NCBI RefSeq assembly: GCF_030684315.1
Contig: NC_081380.1
Coordinates: forward strand, 10,089,575-10,153,574
From: Stegostoma tigrinum
Taxonomy: Eukaryota
DNA length: 64,000 nucleotides
Direction: 5' to 3'
Made by a program: the position numbers and the translations under genes. Every line of letters begins with the position of its first letter. Position 1 is the first letter of the stretch. This document shows, in pieces, positions 37,591 to 51,547 of the stretch. The notes under the pieces were generated by a model, which was not told where the DNA came from, made no database searches, and saw nothing but the letters and a program-made list of their open reading frames with translations.

Positions 37591-39449
37591 ACAGAGAATC
37601 TGAGTAAATGTTGACAATAAGTCAGGCTCAGTATTGAATCTGACAATTTCTATTTGCAATCACTGCTCCCCTCACGTCAGAGAGCATGTATTGGTAATGA
37701 TTCTGCTGTTGTCCATCACAGCTCCTCAATTCGAGAAAGGAAGGATTTATCTTGTCCCACTGGCTGGTGCCATCATCCCTGTTACTTTTTCAAAATGCCA
37801 GGCTTCAGCCTATCACAGGCCTTCTCTTTTGTTCTTCTCCCCCAAAACGCTGGCAGCAATCCTGCTCCATCTCCAGCCTTCAATTAAAAGCAAAAAAATT
37901 GTGGATGGTGGAAATCTGAAACAAACACAGAATGCTGGAGAATCTCAGCAGCTGTGGAGACAGAAGCAGAATTACCATCTCCAGTGCAGTACAAATCTTC
38001 TTCCAAACTAAAAGGTTCGTGGATGTCCTGGACTCAAATGTCAATTCAGATTCTCCCTCCGCAGGTGCTCCAAGACCAGTTGAGTTTCTCCAGCATTCCC
38101 CAGGCTAGTTCCATCTCTGACCTCTGCCATTTCTGCCTAAAATGATTGTCAACCTCAAACATGAACTGGTTTCCTCCCTCCACAAGTGCTGCCTCACCTG
38201 CTGAGTACCTCTAACATTTCTGGCCCATTTCGTTAGGTCAGGTCTCCAGCCTCTGCAGTATTTTGCAATTAAATGTGCAAGATAATGTCATTGATGACTT
38301 AATTCCAAGTGTTTCCATGTTGTGCTAAGGGTGGAGACCTGAAGGCATAACAATTATAAAACAAAGAACACATATACCTAGACAGCAGTTGATAACAAAA
38401 ATGCAGTAATCAAGATAGTGGAGGCAAATATATGCAAATGTTAGAAATGGTAAAGAATATACTGTAAAATAGAGTTTGTGTGGACATCTATTTAGTCTCC
38501 ATTCCAATACCAGCTTGAAAGACAATCTGGCAGATAATCAGGAGGTGCAGTCCTTCACAGATACATGGTAGATAGTCTAACTGATGTGGTTTCACACAGA
38601 GGTTGATCCTTTGTGTTTCACATTAGAACGTGGCGCTAGTTACATCGGAAGAGACCAATCACAGATTAGTGCGGCCTCTTCCATGTGAATGAAGCAATGT
38701 TTATGAATTGGTGCTTGTTCATCACCAGTTATCCTCAGCAATGCTCTCAGCCTGCAGTCAGGTGACCCACCCCAAGATCACCTTTTTGTGAATCTGTGGA
38801 TCCAGTCATGGTCAGCTTCAGCTCATTTGGAGAATGGATCTAGCAGATTGTAAGAGATCCCGAGATCTAAAGAACCAAAAGAACTGCAAATCCTGTAAAC
38901 CAGGAACAGAAGCAGAAATGGGCACAGAAGTTGCTGGAAAAACTCAGCAGGTCTGGCAGCATCTGCGAAGAGAAATCAGAGGTAAAGATTCAGGTCAGTG
39001 GAAGGGTCACTGGAAGCGAAATGTTAATTTTGCTTTTTCTTCAAATGCTGCCAGACCTGCTGAGCTTTTCTAGCAACTTCTGTTTTTGATCCTGAGATCT
39101 GGACAGGGTCATGGATTAGACAGGTCAATGCTGAAATGGTCTGGCGGACTTTGTGAAAGATGCCCTTCAGTGCAGAATTTGGAGAACAGCGCAGGGTTAG
39201 AGTGGATGCCTCTGTGGTCTCACAAAGTCCAAATGGCAATGCAGCAAGACAGCACCCTGCATCTCAGGTGCAGTGTTCATTTTTGTTACGTTCTGTGAAA
39301 ATCTTGCCATGCTTCACTAAATTGAAGCAACCTATCATTCTTAGTTTGTTGCTGTTGAATGATACAACAAAAGAAAGTGTCTGTTGCTAACACAGGTCAA
39401 TCAGCATTACATTAAATAGAATGGTCATGAGTCTTTGTATTCTCTCTCG

Positions 39450-39825
39450 CTTTCCAGTTGAGAAGAAACCTGACTTTCTCAGATGACACAAGAAGCACAA
39501 GGAAGTCCCAAAGTAATCCAGTCATTGAGAAATGTTTTGATGTATAGTTTCTGTAACATTTTACGAAATGTGCACACAGCAAGTTCCCACAAACTCAAAT
39601 ATAATAAAAACCTGATAACGTGCTAATTTTTAAGCAGGTACTAGTTAAAGGGAAAGTGTTACTCTGTACACCAGGAAGACTCTGCTCTTCTTCAACATAG
39701 TGCCGTGGGTAATTTAGAGCTGCCAGAGGTGGGGAAAGTAACAGCTCATCTGAAACATGACACCTCCGACAATGCAGCATCTCCTCAGTGCAACACTGGG
39801 AGAGTCAGCCTAGAATCCAGCACAT
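39450..39825 (-). mobile_element. Deu-domain SINE, degraded
   Basis: cacctccgacaatgcagcatctcctcagtgcaacactgggagagtcagcctaga is the reverse complement of the Deu-SINE core. Confidence 0.65.
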
Positions 39826-39899
39826 CAGTCAAAGCAAGTGGATGACCTGCAAGCTGCCTGGTCGCAATAAATGAAGACTATGCTGACTTGCATGGCATT

Positions 39900-41115
39900 T
39901 TGGAACCCACTGCAGTTGACAGGGTGTTCTTGCAGGCCTTTCAGTCCAAGAGTGAACATCACAGTCTCCTCATGTGCAGCTCGTCTGCTGTGTACAAGTA
40001 CCCACTGTATGCTGCAAGGCATCAGCCCCACCCTTTGATCCACACTCGTCTTGCCAAGAAGAAGTTTCTCATTGGGCTGGTCATTGTCTACTGGATGGAA
40101 CGTCTCAACCTCAGCCAGTTGAAATCAATGAGGAAAACTTCTGTGCACAAATAACAAGGCAGTCTCTGCTCTCTCACAAGGGAATCTTTAAGCCTTGTTT
40201 AACCCTTCATAGAACCATAACGAAGAGCTGGTCTCAGCCGCAACCTCAAGACAACTTCAATCCATTATCAAGCTGCCCCAGGACAAGGTCTGGTCCATCT
40301 GTCCATTAAGATCAATGGAGAAATCCTGCCAAAAGGTGGAAATGTTTCGCTTACTTGGGAAGCCATGTCTCATCAAAGACTGACATCGATACAGCGAGTC
40401 AACAGCGCACCCAATCTGCGAGATCCCCCCGACCCGAAATGGCGAAGGGTGACAGTCTTCAGCAGCCACGTTTTCCACATCGATATCAACATCCTCGTGG
40501 TTAAGGTAGTCATCCTTCTGTCTCTCCTATGTGGCTCTGAAAGCTGGGGTATTGTATAAAGACTACCTCAAGGCCCTTAGGAGAAGTACCATCAATGCTG
40601 CTTGATTCTCTACATCGGCCAGGTGCGCTAACATCAGTGCCCCTGAAGGAACCAAACTGCACCAGCATCGAGACCCCTACCATCCGAAACCAACTCCGCC
40701 GGGCCAGTCACATGCTTAGGAGGCCGGAGTCCCAAAGCATATCATCCTCACCCAGCTCAAACAAGAGGTGGGCTAAGGAAGCTTCTCAAGAAACTTGCTG
40801 AGAGCTTCCCTCTGGCAGTATAACATCAATGTCAATGTAGGGGAGACCCTCAGTCAGAAGGCACCGGCTCAGAGGAATCTCCTGCATGGGGGACACAATT
40901 CCTTGAGAACACCCAGCAGGAAGAGGAAGTATGGGAAAAGGAACCAGAGAAAGGAATGCCAGTGATCTCAAGGCCAAGGACACTTCCACGTTCTGGAAAC
41001 ACCTATCAAATGCGTGGTCGGAGATGTGGCTCTGGGACTGGTCTCATCAGCCCCACAAGGATGCGCAGAACACACTTCCTGCGTGGACGATTTTTCTCAT
41101 TAGTGAATGATTACC
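39900..41115 (+). mobile_element. RTE-clade LINE remnant, heavily decayed
   Basis: Decayed VE.F.YLGS, LL.GSE.W and EKYHQC motifs, and a C-terminal C..CG..GLISH.R.H-like zinc-finger remnant near 41000-41070. Confidence 0.6.
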
Positions 41116-41702
41116 GATGATTATGGCTCAATTTACTGCCCAGCAACTTGTATTTCTGAAAAACCTTTAGCAAACAAATATTCCAAGGTACCATACAGGA
41201 GCACAATCAGACCAATTTAACACAAACGGAGCGGCGCAAGCTAGGGGAGCCAAAAGCCCGGACAAACAGGGAGATTTCCAGGGCTGTCATAAAAGGGGCA
41301 GAGAGATGTCAACAGAGACAGAGAAGTCTTTCCTGTAATATGCACGCCAATGGCCAACACATCTTTCCTCCCCGCCCTAATCATCTTTGTCATTGCTCAA
41401 GCATATCACTGTAATCCCAATCATTAAACTTCTCTTCTCCCAGCTCCAAACTGGGCTTATCTACAGCACATGGGCTGCAGTGGTTCAAGATGGTAGTTCA
41501 TCAGGACCTTCTCAGCTGCGACAAGATATGGCCAATAAATGCTGACCCAGCCCGTGGCACCCGTGCCCCACTAATTGCTCACTTTCAGTTTAGCTATGCA
41601 GCTGCTGGATCATCAATAATTCTCATAAAACATCAGCTTTTTCTTGCTCTTTCTGTGACAGATTGCTGTTAATTTTTTTGTGGTGGTGGGAAACACGGTG
41701 CA

Positions 41703-42005
41703 GGGTGGCACGGTGGCTCAACGGTTAGCACTGTTGCCTCACAGCACCAGGGACCTGGGTTCAATTCCACCCTCGGGCAACTGTCTGTGTGGAGTTTGCA
41801 CGTTCTCCCCGTGTCTGGTGGGTTTCCTCCCACAGTCCAAAGATACACAGGTTACAAGGTTTGGCCATGGGAAATTGCCCCAAGTGTTCAGGGATGTGTA
41901 GACAGGGTGGGCTATAGGGGGAATGGGTCTGGGTGGAATGCACCAAGGGTTGGTGTGGACTTGTTGGGCCGAAGGGCCTGTTTCCACACTGTAGGGATTC
42001 TGTGA
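41703..42005 (+). mobile_element. HE1-like V-SINE
   Basis: Head, V-domain and tail as at 5765-6078. Confidence 0.88.
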
Positions 42006-42234
42006 TGAAACTTCAGAGAGCTCTTCTTATGAAAGTGTCATTATAGCCAAGCGCATGCAAAACGGTGCTCAAAATCACAAGGGGTCTCGGCAAAGCAGTT
42101 CAGGAGGCACCATCCCATTGGTAGGAGTGCAGAGAACCTGAGTGTACCAGTTTAAGGTGACTGGCGAAGCAAAAATCAGAGGTGATGCACGGAAAATGTT
42201 TTTTTCTGGAGCAAATGCTTAGGAATTTATTTTT

Positions 42235-42460
42235 AAATTCACTCACGGGATGAGGGTGTCACACTGATTAGGCCAGCGTTTATTGGCCCAGAGGGCAGTT
42301 AAGAGCCAATCGTACTGGTGTGGGTCTGGAGCTGCACACAGGCCAGACCAGGTAAGGGTGGCAGTTTGCTTCCCTTGAGGGCATTTGTGAACCGGACTGA
42401 CTTTTCCTGACAATCGACCTTGGTTTCATGGTCACCAGGAATTTCAGATTCTTTGGATGA
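42235..42460 (-). mobile_element. SlmI/MetaSINE-like SINE
   Basis: cagagggcagttaagag...tgtgggtctggag...aggccagaccaggtaagg. Confidence 0.7.
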
Positions 42461-43549
42461 ACTGTCAGATTCAGAATAGACTGCCCAGAAAGGTGAAAGA
42501 CTGAATTATTGCTTCAAAAGAGAATGGGATAAATTTTACAGACAGAAGAAATGTACATGATTACACTCAAGTGGGACTAAGTAGCTTATGTGGAGAACTG
42601 GTATAGACATGAAACGCTGAGCGGGTTCTTACTCTGCCACTATTGCCCGGTGCTTCCAAAGGAATGTCACACAAGGACGACACCAAAATACATACACCAA
42701 CATACATAGCTCGTCTAATATGTTCCAGAAAGTTTAATTAGGGTCAGACAAGGTTCATGGTCCTGCTGAATAAATGTAACTGGTTTCAGAATCTGAAGCC
42801 CTGTGTAAACTAGGCCTCGATCATTTGATAACAACAGTTGCTGGACAGTGACTGTCCCAGCTAAAGAAAGCTGTTTTACTGCTCGACGTGATCCTTTTCA
42901 ATTCCAGCCCTCTCACTGCACAACTATGAAAGTGGACTGATTGGTAGGACAAGAACAAAACCGCAGCTGAAAGCACTCTTACTGTCAAAGCTCCTGCCAG
43001 GTTTCCATGGTGAAGAAGAAAAAGGGGTTGTAGAATTCAGTCTCTCTCCAACAGCAAGGATTCAGACAAGAACCCGGATTCAGCAGAACAATGCCTGCTT
43101 ATTTCTAGGCACATAGTTCAATCCCTCACAAACACCCAGCTGATTAAATTCTCCGGGCCCAGTCCCTCTGGAACATCCAGCGACAGAAATGCAATTTATT
43201 TCTATAGCAGAGAGATTCCTCTCATGGGGAAACTCTCTCCGTTTGATGTATCAATCAATGAATGAATAAAGGGTCGAGTGATATTTGGCAAAATGCTGGG
43301 GTGGCAAAGCCCATCTTCATCTTGAACCTTATACTGGTAGAAGCCAGAAGAAAAATCTTCCATTGTCAAATTAACTAATCCCACTTGGATCTGCAAAACT
43401 CTCAGTCATACAGTGCCTGAACTTCAGATAAAATGTGTACGTGCACTGCCAGGTAGTTTTAAAACTGAAAAATGAGAAAGTAAATTGAAACAAGCCAAGA
43501 GAAAAGATAGGTTCAAGGGTTTAGGGAGTAACACTTCATTAAAAAAATG

Positions 43550-43903
43550 ATCATAGAGTCATAGAGCTGTACAGAGTACAAGCAGACCCTTCAGTCCAAC
43601 TCATCTCTGCTGGCCAGATATCCTAAATTAGTTTAGTCCTATTTGCCAGCATTTGGCCCATATCCCTCTAAACCCATCCTATTCATATATCCACCCAGGT
43701 ACCTTTTACATGTTGTAATTGTACCAGTCTCCACCACTTCCTCTGGCAGCTCATTCCTTTCGGGCACCGCCCTTTCTGCGAAAAAGTTTCCCCTCAGCTC
43801 TCTTTTAAATCTTTCCCCTTTCACCTTAAAACTATGCCCTCTGGTTTTTGATTCCCCTACCCTGGAAAAAAGACCTTGGCTATTTGCCCTTTCATGATTT
43901 TGT
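43550..43903 (-). mobile_element. CR1 LINE 3' fragment
   Basis: SQGLFSRVGESKTRGHSFKVKGERFKRELRGNFFAER. Confidence 0.88.
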
Positions 43904-44225
43904 AACAGGGAGGGACAAAAATTTGACTGGAACAACACATTGATAATCGCACAAGCCAAGCAGAGACACGTCAGGGAATTCCTGGAGGCCCAGTATTTCA
44001 ACTGGAACTCCATCAGCAAACACATTGAATTAGACCATGTGTACAAACCACGGAGAAACAGAACAGGAAGTAATACTAACCGCCCCAACAAAGCAAGGCA
44101 TATAAATAACAAGCAGGACAGAACACCGACCCTTCACTGGAGGTGCACTGACAATGTTACTTAGCAGAGTGATGAAATGCTTGCAACCAAGCCTCATCCA
44201 CAACCTGAGCTATAAATATTCTCCG
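43904..44225 (+). mobile_element. Older Poseidon-like PLE 3' fragment with decayed hammerhead
   Basis: IIAQAKQRHVREFLEAQYFNWNSISKHIELDHVYKP; ctgacaatgttacttagcagagtgatgaaatg. Confidence 0.8.
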
Positions 44226-46419
44226 TTCTCCACTACATTAGTCAATGCTGGCTACAGAGTGTGTCCGGAACAGTACGCATTATCCGAAGGGCCAGCAGCC
44301 TGAGTACACAGATCCGTACAAGCCAGGAAATTCCCAGGTTTGATCCCTGGTCTCTGCTGGCAGGCAGGGAGACAGCTGGGATGCCACAAGTGTCCTCTGT
44401 GCCAGTAATCCCCACCTCACACCCACCTCCCCATCACTAAGGGGTGGCCCTTTTGGGAAAGTGAACTATTCTGCATTGCCTGCCACAGTCAATATTTACT
44501 ACTGAGTCCCATACCGAGACCATGCATTTGTTGGGGTACGGAGGGAGGGCTTCTATGGAACTGTACCCCAACAGTGAACATTTCCGAGGGAGACAGGAAT
44601 AAAGCTGGCATAAAAATAAAACTTTTACAAAAAAAAATTCAGGGAATAATTGATGGGACAGAGTGTGTAAAGAGAGAGAGACAACCTCTAAGCTTCTGAA
44701 TTGTAAACTACAAACGGAGACCAGGTTTACCATCAGGTGACAAAGAGTCTGTGAAGATTAAAAATTACAACGGCTTTACAAGAATGTGTAAGTTCTCTTT
44801 AACCGCTCTTTCAATGAAAGTCTTGTCCCCCTGTTAGGGAAAAGGTTAACATCTTGGTTGTAATATTGTTGAGAAAGAAATTTCAATTATTCATTAACAT
44901 CCCTAGAGTATGGTTAAAACTGGAGTTATGAGAATTAAACAAGAGATCCCTTAATCATCTGACGTAAAGTCAGGTTATGATCTATAGAAATGCTGGGGAA
45001 AGAGTGCTCCTTCCCCAGGCATTCCACAGATATCCATTGATTCCAACATTTCGAACTGTTCCAGCAGAGATTCAACCCCTATCTGGTTTTGAAGCTAGTG
45101 TGCAGCCTGTCTTCCTGATGGGAAATAGCACAATGTCTCACAATCCTGTGAGGCATCTCTACCGTTAGGGTAGAGCTTCTACTTGAGAAACGGAATCAGA
45201 CTGTAACTAACAGATCGGGAATGTGAGACTTCCTGTCATGCTCTTCCAGCATATGCCAGGAATGTGGAAGGAGGCATCTTTCCCCGAATAATCCACAGCG
45301 AAGGCTTTGATGGGGATGAATTTTGATTCCATCCCGTCTCTCCATCGTTTCAACTTTAGAGGTGTGCTCCCAGTGAGAGACTGTACAAAAGGAGCTACAA
45401 AAGCAAAAACCTGGCTCCCACATGGCATCCTAATGGTTATACAGACTGTGCAGCCTATCTTTAACATGTAAAATACTACAACTATATGTTCAGCCAACTA
45501 AAAGAGATTGTTACACTTGGATATCGTGTCAGTGTTACTGTCTAAAATTTATTCTTTTTTAGGAGCTAAAACCTCAAATTATTTCCGCTCAGTGAAGCAG
45601 TATTCTGAAGACAAGGAAACTTCTGTGAAGATTGGAGAATGAACCAATAGCTGAAAGAATACTTTAATAACTGATTGGCTGACCTGAGAACACTCTACAA
45701 ATTTTATGGAGCTATCTTGGCAAACTCTGAGAATCTAGGGACCTGTGAGTGATTTACTAGAACACAGAAGCCAGGAAAGCCTACAATTACAGATGATGAG
45801 CAGAACAATGGTAAACTGTTCAGCAAGTTCTTGAGTAATGCAGTTGTTGCCAATTCCCCACAAGCCCCAAATGCAATATAACATTTCAGATGTCAGTCTA
45901 TCAGAATAGTGCAGGCAATCTGCACAGCGCACTATTCCTCAAATAAACCCTAATTCTAAAACTGTGGTGGTCTCTGTCACGTTAATGATAATGCTGTGGT
46001 AATAAATAGTTGGTTAAGGGATTTATTAGCTCTGTGGGTTAATTTACTTGATACAGTCAAACACGTGATAAGTTATAAAGCAGAAAACCAATGGGGCTTT
46101 ATGTTTACAGCTTACAAACCCACAACAGACAAACTGACAGGCAGAGTCGCGATATTATCTACACACCACACACCGAGTCCTTGAAGTTAAGCTCTCTTAT
46201 AGACAATGTAGCTATACAATAGTGTCCTTTGCACAGTTATTACTCAAAGAAAGTTGATAACTGGCTCAAAAAGGTGTGGAGTTCTGTTTTCTAAATCAAA
46301 CGATTTTTCTCTTAGAGTATAAAGAACCATGCAAGGATATAGGTGCCTGAAGTAAGAACTCATTCCTCCCGGATGAATCTGGAATAGATGGTGAATGTCA
46401 GTAGCCTATCTTCACCACA

Positions 46420-47385
46420 TCAAGGTGCACTGGTTGCAGGATGATGGCTCTGGTTATTGGTGACCAATTACTTCAATCCCAGGACATTGCTGCAGGGGTT
46501 TCTCAGGGCAGTGCCTCAGAGCCAGTTGCTTATTCAGTGTTTTTCCTTCTAATGGTAAGGTCAGCAGTGGGGATATCATTTACAGTGCATTTAGTATCAT
46601 TTGCAACTTCGGATATGCTGAAGCAGTCCATACCCTTAAACAGCAAGTTGACATTCAGGTTTGGGCTGATTAGCGGCAAGTCAAATCCATGGCATACAAG
46701 GCCCTGACAATGATTGTCTCCAATACTGGAGAAGCTAATCAGCTCTCCTTGACACTCAATGGCATTAGCACCATTGACATTTCCCCATTATCAACATCCT
46801 GAGGGTTACTACTGACCAGAAACTCAACTAGGCTAACCATATAAACACAGTGGCTGCACGAGCAGGTCAGAGGCTCGGAATACAGTGGTGAGTAATCACT
46901 TCCTAGCTCCCCAGAGCTTGTCCGCCATCAACAAAGGCACAAGTCAGGAGTGTGATGGAATACTCCCCAGTTGCCTGATGACTGCAGCTCCAACAACACC
47001 CAAGAAACTTGACACCATCTCTCTTGATGGTTACCTCATCCACCAAGTGCAACAATGTGTACCATCTGTAAGATGCACTGTAGCAACGCACCAAGGCTCC
47101 TTCAACCTCATCTTCGAAACCCAATGGCTCTACTATCTAGAAGGACAAGGGCAGCAAACTCATGGGAAACACAACCACCATTAAGTGTCCCCTCCAAACA
47201 TTCCTGACTTGCAGTTATATTGCCATTCCTTCAGTGTGTCAAAACCCTGCAGTTTCCTTTCCATGAATATTGTGGGTGGACCTACACCACATGGATTACG
47301 TGGTTTTCACCTTCAGAAGGGCAATTAGGTGCGGACACTTTATACTGCTTAGCCTGTGATATTCACATCCCATGGGAAAAAACAA
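46420..47385 (+). mobile_element. CR1/L2-group LINE RT and 3' end, degraded
   Basis: QDIAAGVSQGS; tail gggcaattagg...cacatcccatg shared with the SlmI-like SINEs. Confidence 0.75.
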
Positions 47386-47419
47386 GAAAATGAACCCAGC
47401 AATGTTCCCATGAGAACGT

Positions 47420-49330
47420 TACATAAGGACTAGGATCAGGAGTAGGTCATTCAAACCTTCAAGACTGCTCCATCATTCGAGAAGATCATGACTGATTTTC
47501 TATATCTACAACATTTTTCTGCACTATCCCCATATTCTTTATGTTTATAGTATGTATAAATCTATCGATCTCAGTCTTGAAGACTGCATCTCCACAGCGC
47601 TCTGGAGCAGAGAATTCCAAAGGCTCACTACCCTGAGTGAAGAGATTCCTCCCTATTTCAGTTCGAAACAGCCTGTCCATTATTCAGAAGCTTAGATCTC
47701 TAGTTCTAGACTGAACAGCCAAGGGGAACATTCTTCCTGTATCTACCCTGTCAAACTCTGCATGTGTGAAGGAGATCACCTCTCATTCTTCTGAACTCCA
47801 GAGAACACTGGCTCAGTCTATTTAATATTTCCTCACACAGCAATCCTTCTACCACACAATAGTTTGATGATCGTTTATTGCACTGTTTTTACGGCAAGTA
47901 GATTTTTTTTGGGTAAGGAGACCGAAACTATACCTAATAGTCCAGGTGTGCTCTCATCAAGGCTCTATATAATGGTGGTAAGACACATTCATTATTAAAC
48001 TCAAATCGTCTTGTTATAAAGGCCAACATTCTGTCAGAATTGCTTCCTCTACACGTCATAATTTTCAGTGACTCATGAACAAAAACATCAAATTCCCTTG
48101 AGGTTCAACACTCCCTAGCGTCCCACCGTGAGAAGTGATTGCATTCACACGTGCCGGGATTGACACAGTAGATGGAGTAAGGATGTTTCCCTTGGCTGTG
48201 CAGTCTAGAACTATGGATCTCAGCTTCAGAATAACGGACAGGCTGTTCAGGACTGAGATAGAAGGAATCTCTTCACTCAGGGATTGTCAACCTTTAGAAT
48301 ACCTAAAGAAATACTGTCTGTTTCCAACTTTCTACCAAAGTTGAGAACCTCACATTTCTCGATTTGCATTCCATTTGCCATATTTTGGCCCACTCACTTA
48401 GTCTCTCCAAATCCTTTCAATCTCCTCACAACTCATACGCCCATGCAGTTTGGTCTGAATTGCAAAGAATTATTTTAGTCTCCACATTCAAATTATCAAT
48501 ATGTGAGACCAGCTGGTGCCCAAGCCCTGATGCTTACGGTCCCTCACTTATTTTGGAGTTGACTGACTGAGATGTTATATTCTTTCATATTCTGGTCTGT
48601 TAACTAGTTCTCGATCCATGCCAATATATTCTTGCCAATCCCATGTGTTCCAATGTTGTTTCCTAACTTCTTGTGTGGGACTGTCTCAAAGGGTTCTGAA
48701 AAATCTAAATATACCACATCTAGCAGTTCACCTATTCTGTTAGTTCCCCCATGAAAACAAAAACTCTTAACAGGTGTCTCAAATATGATTTCACTTTCAT
48801 CAATTCTTTGAGTCATCCAATACTAGCCTGGGTTTACAACTGGCCTTAATTATATAGATTCTAGCATTTTCTCTCCTATTGACAGGATAACATTTCAATG
48901 GTTCCCTGTTTTCTCTCTCCCTCATTTCTTAAATAACAGAGCCACAACTGTCTTTTTCCCATCCTTGAAGACTAGGCTGTGGAGTTCAGATAGATGACAA
49001 CTAATGCATTTATCGGCTCGACAACCATCTTTTTCAACAATCTGGGAAATAGATCATTAGCTCGAGGGGTTGGGTTTTAACTACTTTAAGTCCCATTAAT
49101 TTCTCCTGTGCTACTTATTTTTTATTACTATTAATGTCTTGTAGTGTCTAATTTATACCAGTACTGGGATTCTCCATTAATTTAAGGAGTATTAACATTT
49201 TTTTCTCTGTGAAAACAGAGAAAGGCTTTGCTTAGTTCATCTTCCATTCCCCATTCCCCAATGTAAATTCTCCTGATTCTATTTGAAATGGACCCACATT
49301 TATTTTTGCTGATCTTTTTCTCTTTACAGA
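47420..49330 (-). mobile_element. Old CR1 LINE with an internal inverted segment (48160-48300)
   Basis: LDVVYLDFSEPFETVPHKKL...HGIGKNILAWIEN and a CR1 3'UTR. Confidence 0.78.
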
Positions 49331-51172
49331 CTTAAAGAAGCTTTTACAGTCCACTTTTTAAGTTCAATCCTAGTTTATTCTTTTACTTTGCAGTCAGTAT
49401 TCCTTTGTGAACTTTCTAGATAAGTTGCATGATAATAATTAAGCTGCAAACATTCTAACTGGCTGCTTTCCTAATTTTACCCTGGGGATTGTGGGCAGCC
49501 AAAGTGTCCCTCCTGAAGCTCTGGCAAAAGTCAACTAAATCAATACAGAATGCAGGTTGAACCTGGGGCCTTTCTGTCTCAGGGCTCACTCTGACATATC
49601 TGGCAACTCAAATTATATTTTTAAGTGTACGTTGAATTACTGTACACTGAATGAAATAATGGAAATATGTATGAACAGATTGACTGGACATTTAAATTGT
49701 ACCCCTATCTCCTTGACTTTTCAAGGGGGGGGGGGCGGTGACTGTAATACTGAGCAGCAGGATGTCTGATCAAACATTCAAATCAAGGCGGAAATCAGAT
49801 AGCTGAAGGCTGATCATCCACCAATACCACCAGCTAGCTACAGCTCCAAAGCTGGCCATCAGGTTGAAGCTAATGTCTGATAGCACAAGGTAATCACCGA
49901 GCTCTGGGAAGGAGCTTGCAACTGATTATCCATGTGGGCCCACCCAGAATCCTCTGCTGACCCTGAGCTCCTCTCCCCCCTGCCCCCCGGATGACCTGTT
50001 AGAAAATGCATAATGGATTGCTCATTCAGGTCTGTTATTACATTGGCAGTCAGGTCCAGACAACACCATTACAATCAAACATTCAAAGGAGGGCTCTGCA
50101 GGGGTTTTGCAAGTGTCCTTCCCGCATGCACTGGAAAGCTTGTTAAAATAAATGACAATGCAAATGCATCAGTGGGTACGTGCCCCTGTATGATTTTAAT
50201 TGCCCATTCTACCGGGTGGCAAGGGTTCAACTATCTGGCTCAGAACACAACGACAATGCCAACCCAGGACAGGGTGTGAGCAAAGGAACAGTTTCTTATG
50301 AACAGTACTCTCTCACCTGCATCACCAGCTAATTCTCCTGTGTCTTTTCAGTGAGAGGCACAGAGATTAGCTGCTAGTGAAGCTGCTGAGAACACTGCCT
50401 ATGCAGTGAGTGTGGGGAGTGGGATCTTTAGACAAATGCTTGTGAACCGTCCAAGTGGTATCTCACGTAAAGTCAGATTTGTTGGTTTCAAAGATAATGC
50501 TCAAAAGTCAAGCTTAAAGATGTAAGCATTCTCCCACAAAGAAAAGTGCACTAATACACTTACGCAATCCTAACGTGCCTCATTTTTATGGCCGGGAGGA
50601 AGTGAACACAAAGCAGCAAGGGATGAAAAGCACTGCCACAGCAACTTTGTAATAATGACTCACCATAGGAACTTTCGTTTTCTCCTTCATCCTCTGGCTG
50701 GTCAGGTTTCTTTCCCACTTTACTCTCCCACTGATTCCTTTCCATTTCATAACCCAGCTCTTCTCCTCCTTTTGCATTTCCATCTACACCCCATCTGTTT
50801 CTGTTGCACCTTCCTTTCTGTTCTTTCCCATTTTCTGTCCTTACACATTCTCCTCCTTCATATGGCAGTTCTTTTGTTCACTTATGCTTTCTTCAGCCCA
50901 TCTTTCTCCTTCTCTGTTTCAGTACCATTGCCTTCCTTTCTTCTGCCCCCTCTTCCTCCTCCAGGGTCTGCTCTCTGTGAGGCTGGATAACTGGGAGTGA
51001 AGGGGATGCTGGTTGGCTTGATTGTGCTGCATTAACAAAACCCCTTTTATACCCCATTAACCCAGAGAGACATCCTGCGATAGCTGCCTCACCCTGTCAC
51101 GTCCTTCCTGAAACCAACAGGGAATGGGGAAGAACAGCAATATCCTGGGCAATGGGCTATATGTTACACTGA

Positions 51173-51244
51173 GGGAGCATAGCTTAGTGGTGGCACAGTT
51201 GACTGCAGATCAAGAGGTCCCCAGTTCAAATCTGGGTGCCCGGC
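51173..51244 (+). pseudogene. tRNA-Cys(GCA) pseudogene
   Basis: GGGAGCATAGCTTAGTGGTGGCACAGTTGA-CTGCAGA-TCAAGAGGTCCCCAG-TTCAAAT-CTGGGTGCCCGGC aligns with vertebrate tRNA-Cys. The GCA anticodon loop and T-arm (CCCAG/CTGGG) are intact; the acceptor stem has 3 mismatches and the D-stem is disrupted. Confidence 0.85.
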
Positions 51245-51277
51245 TATACAAGCACCTCGACTGAACAGGAGCAGTAT

Positions 51278-51547
51278 TAGATGGCTCAGTGGTTAGCACT
51301 GCAGTGCCAGGGACCTGGGTTCGATTCTACCCTCCGGTACCTGCCCATGTGGAGTTCGCACATTCTCCTTGCGTCTATGAGGGTTTCCTCCCACAGTCCA
51401 AAGATGTGCAGGTTGGGTGGATTAGCTATAGGAAATGCAGGGTTGAAGGGATACGGGGGAAGGTTGGGCCTGGATTAGATGCTCTTCAGAAGGTTGGCGA
51501 AGGCCTCATGGGCTGAATGGCCTCTTTCCACAGTGGAGGAATTCTGT
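51278..51547 (+). mobile_element. HE1-like V-SINE
   Basis: atggctcagtggttagcactg...gggttcgattc, V-domain and CR1-like tail. Confidence 0.82.

Noticed and set aside
51173-51244. Functional tRNA-Cys gene
   Set aside because: The acceptor stem has three mismatches and the D-stem is broken; treated as a pseudogene.
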